Shown here: in pieces, positions 28,140-34,076 of the stretch | Position numbering within the stretch: the stretch's first letter is position 1 | How the letters are laid out: each line of letters begins with the position of its first letter | NCBI GenBank assembly: GCA_023150835.1 | Contig: JAKLKB010000064.1 | Location: 1 to 34,076 of the forward strand | From: Myxococcota bacterium | GTDB taxonomy: Bacteria > Myxococcota_C > UBA6777 | Direction: 5' to 3' | Length of the DNA stretch: 34,076 bases | Notes under the pieces: generated by a model | Database searches by the model: none | What the model saw: only the letters and a program-made list of their open reading frames with translations | Told to the model about the DNA's origin: nothing | Program-made: the position numbers and the translations under genes

Positions 28140-29069
28140 TCAGATCAGAAAAAGGATCGCGACCCCGCAGATCGCGAAAAAGGCCCCAAGGATCGCCCTG
28201 ACCCCCAGCGGTTCACGCAAGACAAAAAAGGCCAGCGGTAGCACAAACAACGGACTTGTCGAAGACAAGGTCGAAGCGATCCCCGCCGAAGGCGCATAAC
28301 GCAGCCCCACGACTTGCAGCCAGATCCCCAAAAAAGTCCCAAAAAACGTCGCCAACAGCAGTAGCTGAACTTGGTGTTTGTTTTGTAGCGGAACAACACT
28401 CTCCCGCAGGCGGCCCAACAAAAGCACCAACAGAAACAAGCTCAACACTCCTGCCGCAAGTCGAAACATCGCGATCGGAAGGGCCGGGAGTGTGCCACCT
28501 CCTTTTTTGGTCAGGATATTCCCTGCCGCTTGACAGAACGCGGCCAGAAGCCCCCACGCCACACCCCGCCATTCGATCAAGGTGTAGGTGGGCGAATCGG
28601 GTGGTTCGGAAGGTTCGGAGGCATCGGCTTGGGGGTGGTGGTGTTTTTCATGGATCACCCAAAAGATCCCGCCCAAGGTGAGCGCCATCCCCAAAAGCAT
28701 GGCGAGAGTGATCGCTTCGCGCAAAAAAAGCGAGGCGAGTACGGCGGTGAGGGCGGGTGTAAGGGCTGAAACGATCAAGGAGCGGCGTGGGCCGAGTCGG
28801 TTGAGGGAGTGGAAATAGGCGGTGTCTCCGAAGGCTACGCCGATCAAGCCGCTTCCGAGCAAGAGATAGGCGCTTTGCGCATCGGGCCAGCGTGCGACGG
28901 AGGGGTCATTGAGCGTCCAAACACACAACACAAGAGAAAGCATCAACAACGCGAACGTACACTCAAGAAGATTGAGCGCAAGCGCACGGATCGTCAGACC
29001 AAGGCGGGCATACACAAGGCTCGCGATCGCCCACATGGCTGCGGATGCAAGTGCTGCGAGTTCTCCCAT
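28140..29069 (-). CDS. DMT/EamA family transporter
   Basis: Two EamA-like halves (GELAALASAAMWA...LFLRE; GLLAAFCQA...FVLRE), about 10 TM segments. Confidence 0.9.
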   Translation of the reverse strand: MGELAALASAAMWAIASLVYARLGLTIRALALNLLECTFALLMLSLVLCVWTLNDPSVARWPDAQSAYLLLGSGLIGVAFGDTAYFHSLNRLGPRRSLIVSALTPALTAVLASLFLREAITLAMLLGMALTLGGIFWVIHEKHHHPQADASEPSEPPDSPTYTLIEWRGVAWGLLAAFCQAAGNILTKKGGGTLPALPIAMFRLAAGVLSLFLLVLLLGRLRESVVPLQNKHQVQLLLLATFFGTFLGIWLQVVGLRYAPSAGIASTLSSTSPLFVLPLAFFVLREPLGVRAILGAFFAICGVAILFLI

Positions 29070-29265
29070 AAAGGCTCCTTTCGGTTGGGGATGGGGGGGC
29101 GGTTGAATTGGAGGTTGGCGAGTTGGCGTCTTGGTGCTACAACGTCTTTTCGCTGAAGCGGTCGTCCAGATCGCAAGATTCTGCGAAGCAGCATAACATT
29201 TTTTTGCACGTCATGTGATGGAGCGGTTCGAGATGTTTTTGAAAGAGCAGGCGCGAGGTCGAGAG

Positions 29266-30642
29266 ATGGGAGGAGCGTTGTGGGGTGGTTGGTTGTGTCG
29301 CATGGGCTGTGTCGTCCTGTTGAGCCTTGGGGCGGTTGGCTGCCGTGAAAGTGAGACGGCCAAGTGGTCAAAGCAATTAAGTTCGGTGGACGCCAAGGAG
29401 CGAGAAGTCGCCGCGCTGGAACTGGGTAAGCTCGGCCCTGTTGCAGAAGATTCCGTACCTGCGCTGATCGGTGCGCTGGCAGACAAAGAGCCGCGTGTGG
29501 TGTCGGCCTCGGTGCGAGCTTTGCGTGCGGTGGGCAACGGGGCTTGGCCCGCACGCCCTGCGCTGGCGGGGTTGTACAAAAAAACCACCGACAACGCACT
29601 CAAAAAAGAGATCGAACAGACCCTCAAAGCCCTTCCGATGGGGCCGCAGCGCAAAGTCCAACCGTTGCGGCCTTTGGCGGAACTTGTGGCCATCCTCGAA
29701 CAAGAAAAAGATCCAAAGAAACTCGCGCCTGCATTGGTCCAGATCGGAAGGCACCGAGAGAACGCGGCTGCTTATGCGCAAAAGATGGTCGACGCCCTCG
29801 ATCACGCAAGCGCAGACGTGCGTCAGGCTGCCTCCGCAGGTATTACTCTTTTGGGACCCAAGGTCGCGCTGCCTGTCTTGGAAAAGAACCTTGAACACAA
29901 AAGCCTACGTTTGCGCAACAACGCGATCCGAACCATCGGGTTGTTCGGACCCAACGCGATCTCCTCGCTTGACGTCTTGCTCAAGCACGCGCAATCCAAA
30001 GAACCCAAGCTCCGCCGTGCGAGTTTGTGGTCTATCGGTGCGTTGGGGCAAAAATCTCGTGAAAAAGCCCTTCCTCTCGTGGCTAACGCACTCAAAGATC
30101 CCGAGTGGCTGGTGCGTGGGGCAGCATGCTTTGCTTATGGTCATCTCACGCGAGGCTCGCCAGAAGCGTTTCCTGTCTTGCTGTCCATGTTCAAAGACGC
30201 ACACCCTCACGTGCGTTATACCGCGTTGGAATTGATCTTGCGCTACGGTGCAAAAGCCCAAGTCGTCTTGGCGCAAGCCCTCAAAGACCAAGAACCCGAG
30301 GTTCGTGCCTTGGCCTTGCAAGGCGGATCTGGGCTGCGTTTGTTTGGTGCGGAGATGCTTCCTTCTCTGGTGGCTGCAACACAGGACAAGGCTTGGCAAG
30401 TTCGCCTTGCTGCGGTCATGGCCTTGGGTAGCTTTGGAACCGACGCACGTTCTGCGTTGCCGACCTTGCAAAAGATGATGAGCGACTCCGATATCCGCGT
30501 CCGTCGGGCCGTATTGCAGAGCTTCTTGTCTATCCAAAAAGCCAAAACAGGTGCTCCACGCCCGACGCCTCCGCGCCCTCCTGTTCTGCCCTTGTTGAAG
30601 CCCTCTTCGATGCCTGCCTCTTCCCCTGCCGCTCGTCCCTGA
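29266..30642 (+). CDS. HEAT-repeat (PBS lyase-like) putative lipoprotein
   Basis: Repeated L.D....VR..A..ALG units; lipobox-like LGAVGC; Pro-rich tail. Start uncertain (29215-29302). Confidence 0.85.
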   Translation: MGGALWGGWLCRMGCVVLLSLGAVGCRESETAKWSKQLSSVDAKEREVAALELGKLGPVAEDSVPALIGALADKEPRVVSASVRALRAVGNGAWPARPALAGLYKKTTDNALKKEIEQTLKALPMGPQRKVQPLRPLAELVAILEQEKDPKKLAPALVQIGRHRENAAAYAQKMVDALDHASADVRQAASAGITLLGPKVALPVLEKNLEHKSLRLRNNAIRTIGLFGPNAISSLDVLLKHAQSKEPKLRRASLWSIGALGQKSREKALPLVANALKDPEWLVRGAACFAYGHLTRGSPEAFPVLLSMFKDAHPHVRYTALELILRYGAKAQVVLAQALKDQEPEVRALALQGGSGLRLFGAEMLPSLVAATQDKAWQVRLAAVMALGSFGTDARSALPTLQKMMSDSDIRVRRAVLQSFLSIQKAKTGAPRPTPPRPPVLPLLKPSSMPASSPAARP

Positions 30643-30659
30643 CGCTCTCAGGATTTTTT
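30638..30659 (+). terminator. Possible weak intrinsic terminator
   Basis: CCTGA-CGCTC-TCAGG followed by ATTTTTT at the HEAT gene stop. Confidence 0.3.
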
Positions 30660-30725
30660 GGAAATGGATGTGCTGGGGGGCGAAACACAAAAAAAAGCCT
30701 AAAAAAACAGGCCGTCGCTGCGTGC

Positions 30726-30754
30726 TTGACACTTTCCGAGGGGCTTCCTATGTT
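30726..30754 (+). promoter_or_regulatory. Sigma-70-type promoter with upstream A-tracts
   Basis: TTGACA-N17-TATGTT, preceded by two A-runs at about 30688-30707. Confidence 0.65.
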
Positions 30755-30878
30755 CTGCTTCGGACGGCCCGACGGGTCTCCAAGCATCGCGGGGGAGGGA
30801 CGAGGCGCAACACAGCGCACATCTCATCTTTATCTCCCAGCTTTCTCCTCTGACCTCTTACAAGACGTGAGTACGGCC

Positions 30879-31448
30879 ATGCACATACGACATCAAGACT
30901 CTGTGCGTTTGATCCAAGAAACCCTGCAAGAAAATCGTTTGCGGATGGAGCTCGTTTCTTTTCATATCGACGAGAGCATGGGCGAAGAACCCAGTCGGAT
31001 CTTGGCGACGCTCAAGCGCTTTCCTGAAGAAGAGTCGGTGACGCTCGAAGGCGCAGGAGTAGGGGCCTTTGACGCTTTTTTTGTGGCAGTTAAAGAGCGC
31101 TTTTCCTCGCAGTATCCGAGCTTAAAAGGCATCCGCTTTGCGGGGATAAAACTGCGCAGCATCCCTGATTCGGATCGCGAGCATCCCACCGATGCGGAGG
31201 CCGAAGTCACCCTGCGTTTTCAAAGTGTCGACAAACAAGATTATTACTTCATCGCTCGCTCGCGCAGTATGTTGCGCGCCAATATGGAGTGCATCTTGCG
31301 GATGGTCGAGTTTTTTGCGAACTGCGAAAAGGCCACACAAACCCTTCAAGAACGCCTGCGCGAGGCCCAAAAAGCCGAACAACGCGACGTCGCGCAACAA
31401 CTCCAATCACAGATCGCCTTGCTTAGCACACATCACGTCCGACCCTAA
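30879..31448 (+). CDS. Stand-alone LeuA/CimA-like allosteric (regulatory) domain protein
   Basis: EGAGVGAFDAFF.A...F...YPSLKGIRF..IKLR...TDAEAEVTL...S.SMLRA resembles the C-terminal regulatory domain of citramalate/isopropylmalate synthases; no catalytic domain upstream. Confidence 0.7.
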   Translation: MHIRHQDSVRLIQETLQENRLRMELVSFHIDESMGEEPSRILATLKRFPEEESVTLEGAGVGAFDAFFVAVKERFSSQYPSLKGIRFAGIKLRSIPDSDREHPTDAEAEVTLRFQSVDKQDYYFIARSRSMLRANMECILRMVEFFANCEKATQTLQERLREAQKAEQRDVAQQLQSQIALLSTHHVRP

Positions 31449-31786
31449 TACGATATCCGAGTCATCTATGATCGAAGGAGAGCGCGTAAACGCCCTATCC
31501 TTGGGCAGACACAGGGGGCTGCCCCTACACCTTTACGCCCGATTCTTGGGCAGCCACAGGGGGCTGCCCCTACCTCTTTACGCCCGATTCTTGGGCAGCC
31601 ACAGGGGGCTGCCCCTACACCTTTACGCCCGATTCTTGGGCAGCCACAGGGGGATGCCCCTACACCTTTACGCCCGATTCTTGGGCAGACACAGGGGGCT
31701 GCCCCTACACCTTTACGCCCGATTCTTGGGCAGCCACAGGGGGCTGCCCCTACACCTTTGCGATCATGCGCCCTGCGGATTTCGTA
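31449..31786 (+). mobile_element. MITE-like element family A, copy 3, with expanded internal REP array
   Basis: TIRs TACGATATCCG (31449-31459) and CGGATTTCGTA (31776-31786) enclose the 45-bp tandem array. Confidence 0.8.
31501..31759. repeat. 45-bp tandem array (about 5.8 units) of GTAG-type REP hairpins
   Basis: Unit TTGGGCAG(C/A)CACAGGGGGCTGCCCCTACACCTTTACGCCCGATTC starting at 31501, 31546, 31591, 31636, 31681 and 31726. Confidence 0.95.
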
Positions 31787-31873
31787 TGACTTGGTGGGTT
31801 AGGGGATCTCTTGGAGGATCTTTGCAAGTATGACTTGGTGGGTTAGGGGATCTCTTGGAGGATCTTTGCAAGT
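31784..31873. repeat. 44-bp tandem duplication containing the 3' end and stop of the dehydratase gene
   Basis: GTATGACTTGGTGGGTTAGGGGATCTCTTGGAGGATCTTTGCAA at 31784-31827 and 31828-31871. Confidence 0.9.
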
Positions 31874-32802
31874 GTGGTGGGCGCGATATTTCCGCCACTG
31901 ACGACGATCACAAGGGGGCGGGATGTGGGCATGGGGGAGGATTGAAGGAGCGCTGAGATCGCGATGGCTCCCCCGTGTTCGGCGATCAGCTTGTGTTCTT
32001 GAGCGAGAAACGAAACCCCCAAATCAAGCGCCTCTTCTTCGACAAGAGAAACCACAGCGGCATTGCGTTTGGTGATGGCAAAGCCCAGTGTGCCCGGCAT
32101 CGCTGCCACCAGCGCGTCGGCGCGTGTCGTAAAGTGTTCGACTGTGAGTGGATAGCCCGCTTCAAGCGACCGCGCCATCGAAGCATTGACTGCGGGTTGA
32201 ACGCCATACACGCGACACGAGCCGCCGTGGGCTTCGAGGGCTAGGCTGATCCCGCCGATCAGTCCCCCCCCGCTTACAGGCACCCAGATATCAAAGTCTT
32301 GATCGAGCTGTTCCAACAATTCAAGCGCAATCGTGCCGTTGGCTGCGATGGTTTCGGCTGTATCGTAGGGATGCAATAGCGGTACGCCGCGTTCTTCTTG
32401 GAGGCGATGCGTGGTCTCCCATCGCGCTTGATGGTGTGGGGCGCAAAAGACGATCTCTGCACCCCATTGTTGGGTTCGCGCCAGTTTGAAGGGTGAGGTG
32501 TCTTCGCGCATCACGATGCAAGCCGATACATCGAGGCGTTGCGCTGCATAAGCGACCGCTTGTGCGAAATTCCCCGAAGAAGAAGTCAAGACACCGCGTT
32601 GTCGGCAGATCGCGAGGTTTCGCAATAGCCCAAAAAAAGCGGGCCGCACCTTGAAAGATCCCGTCAAATGCAGGCTTTCAAGCTTTAACCACACAGGGCG
32701 CTTGCATAGGCGGCTGAGCGGTTCCGAATAGAGCAACGGACTTGGTGCAAGATATGGTGCGATCGCTTCGCGGGCTTCATGGATTCGCTGAGGATCGAGC
32801 AT
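31843..32802 (-). CDS. PLP-dependent threonine/serine dehydratase (or racemase), catalytic domain only
   Basis: LKLESLHLTGSFKVR (PLP Lys), SSGNFAQ, HPYD, VSGGGL, SGGN; ATG 32802 with a G-rich RBS; no C-terminal ACT domain. Confidence 0.92.
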   Translation of the reverse strand: MLDPQRIHEAREAIAPYLAPSPLLYSEPLSRLCKRPVWLKLESLHLTGSFKVRPAFFGLLRNLAICRQRGVLTSSSGNFAQAVAYAAQRLDVSACIVMREDTSPFKLARTQQWGAEIVFCAPHHQARWETTHRLQEERGVPLLHPYDTAETIAANGTIALELLEQLDQDFDIWVPVSGGGLIGGISLALEAHGGSCRVYGVQPAVNASMARSLEAGYPLTVEHFTTRADALVAAMPGTLGFAITKRNAAVVSLVEEEALDLGVSFLAQEHKLIAEHGGAIAISALLQSSPMPTSRPLVIVVSGGNIAPTTLAKILQEIP

Positions 32803-32833
32803 CAACACCCCCATCGAGGATCTTGGCGGCTTA

Positions 32834-32939
32834 TACAAACACGGACGTCTGTGCTGTCGTGAAAATGTAGTAGGGGACCCCCGTGACTGCCCGAGCATAG
32901 GGCGTCTACGCACGACCCTTCGATCACACGGATATCGTA
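32834..32939 (-). mobile_element. MITE-like element family A, copy 4 (degenerate)
   Basis: Reverse complement TACGATATCCGTGTGATCGAAGG...GTAGACGCCCT...GGGCAGTCACGGGGGTCCCCTAC; begins immediately after the PaaX stop. Confidence 0.7.
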
Positions 32940-33788
32940 TTACACAAAAGCAGATGTCTGCGATATCATCGGGCGATAGGGGGCTGTGAGGGTGGGGATA
33001 TGGGAGATCGGTTGGATGATCTGTTCCCAGACCAAGCGGCTTTGTCGATCGTAATGCAGCATCGTATCGCGGAGGCGTCGGCGCAGATCTTCGCGGCAAA
33101 GCGGCGGCGGCAGCAACGGATCAAGCAGCAAAAGCCGCATGGCTTCGGAGCCAAGCCAAAAACTCTCTCGCCCTGCTTCTTCGGGGGTGAGATGCGGAAA
33201 TTGAGACACGCTAGACTCCAAGCGCTCGATCATCTGCGTGTATTGGCGATGCAGCTTTTCGATCGACCACAGCTTGGTGATGGCTTTTTCGGGGGCAGGA
33301 TTCCAGTCGGAAAGCCGAAAGATCGGCGCTTGTGCTTCGAGCCCCAGATTGCGAAGTCGATCGCGGGTTCGCTCGATCCCACCGCGCAGATTGTTCGGGC
33401 GCAACTCAAGTCCCGCACACCATTGACGAAAACCCAGCAGCTTGAGTGCTCGTTGCCGTTGACGAGCCGTTTTGCGCTGCGAAGACAGCCCCGCTGTATG
33501 CACCCCGATCCAAGTCCCATCCCACGTCTCGACTTTTTCTTCGATCTGACGCCACGCCGCGATCTCTTCACTCAAGGCCCGTGCCGCAGGCCCCAGACGA
33601 TATTCGCCCCGTCGCCCCAACTCCACAAGCCGCTCTTGTTTCAGCCTTGCCAACGTCACTCGCAAACAGTTCTCGTTCACGCCCAACAACGACATCCCAT
33701 ACACAAGCCCCTGCACTGGAACATACGTCGGCCCTGCCGCTGTCAACAGTTGCAAGATCACTTTGCGCGTCGATGGATTCTCCGACAT
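32940..33788 (-). CDS. PaaX-family transcriptional regulator
   Basis: N-terminal wHTH (GVNENCLRVTLARL...GEYRL), WDGTW, LLGFR, LW....L...Y, DPLLP. Confidence 0.88.
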   Translation of the reverse strand: MSENPSTRKVILQLLTAAGPTYVPVQGLVYGMSLLGVNENCLRVTLARLKQERLVELGRRGEYRLGPAARALSEEIAAWRQIEEKVETWDGTWIGVHTAGLSSQRKTARQRQRALKLLGFRQWCAGLELRPNNLRGGIERTRDRLRNLGLEAQAPIFRLSDWNPAPEKAITKLWSIEKLHRQYTQMIERLESSVSQFPHLTPEEAGRESFWLGSEAMRLLLLDPLLPPPLCREDLRRRLRDTMLHYDRQSRLVWEQIIQPISHIPTLTAPYRPMISQTSAFV

Positions 33789-33873
33789 CTTCTACCTCTT
33801 TCTCTTCGATCTTTCGGGGCAGAAACAGCCGATCCTTGTCGCTGATCTTCCACCCATTTGGCGATTCGCGCGC

Positions 33874-33902
33874 TTTGTACTTTGTTCTCTCTTTGCTGTC
33901 AA
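33874..33902 (-). promoter_or_regulatory. Sigma-70-type promoter for the PaaX-like gene
   Basis: Minus strand TTGACA-N17-TACAAA, about 85 nt upstream of ATG 33788. Confidence 0.45.
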
Positions 33903-34052
33903 TCTCTCTATTTCTTATTTTTGATGTAGTGTTCGGAATAGAAAGTACCGCAGCGCAACAGGTTTGCGCATCGACGATGTGTTCTACAGCAGGCGGGGAG
34001 GTGGCGAGCGAGGAGGGGGCGGAGGTTTTTGGGTGTTGGTTTTCTTTGTTTA

Positions 34053-34076
34053 TACGATATCCGCAAGATGTGTGAT
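34053..34076 (+). mobile_element. Probable left end of a fifth family A element, truncated by the window edge
   Basis: TACGATATCCG...GTGTGAT matches the left end of copy 4. Confidence 0.5.

Noticed and set aside
31501..31759. CRISPR array
   Set aside because: The sequence between hairpins is essentially identical in all units, so there are no unique spacers; no cas genes; the same hairpin occurs singly elsewhere as a REP
31192..31833. ORF with repeated LGSHRGLPLHLYARF peptide
   Set aside because: It is an artefact of the 45-bp (multiple of 3) array lacking stops, and it overlaps the real gene out of frame
12435..31873. Diversity-generating retroelement TR/VR pairs
   Set aside because: The duplicated gene ends are short and identical rather than differing at adenines, and no reverse transcriptase is present
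1..34076. Cyanobacterial HIP1 (GCGATCGC) enrichment
   Set aside because: Only a handful of full octamers were noticed; the visible excess is in the GATC core

Overview
Accessory and housekeeping region of a moderately GC-rich bacterial chromosome. A Myxococcota/deltaproteobacterial origin is inferred from a giant Stig1/MopE-type Cys-rich lipoprotein plus HEAT, kelch and TPR proteins. About 29 protein genes are supported, including an ECF sigma factor, M42 peptidase, CDF transporter, Dus, pyrG, a GGDEF cyclase, a FabG-like SDR, MATE, HIT, mtnD, selD, nth, a Ser/Thr dehydratase and a PaaX-like regulator. No rRNA, tRNA, CRISPR array, transposase or reverse transcriptase was seen. Signals the ORF track misses: (1) selD is a selenoprotein gene with an in-frame TGA in a CAG-U-ASK motif and a downstream SECIS-like hairpin; (2) two families of short TIR-bounded dispersed elements (MITE-like), one carrying a GTAG-type REP hairpin amplified into a 45-bp tandem array in one copy; (3) short duplications of gene ends at four loci; (4) a stand-alone LeuA/CimA-type regulatory-domain protein facing a dehydratase that lacks a regulatory domain; (5) an internally duplicated, possibly EspG-like orphan; (6) strong GATC over-representation. 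Family assignments come from motif recognition only; no database searches were run.
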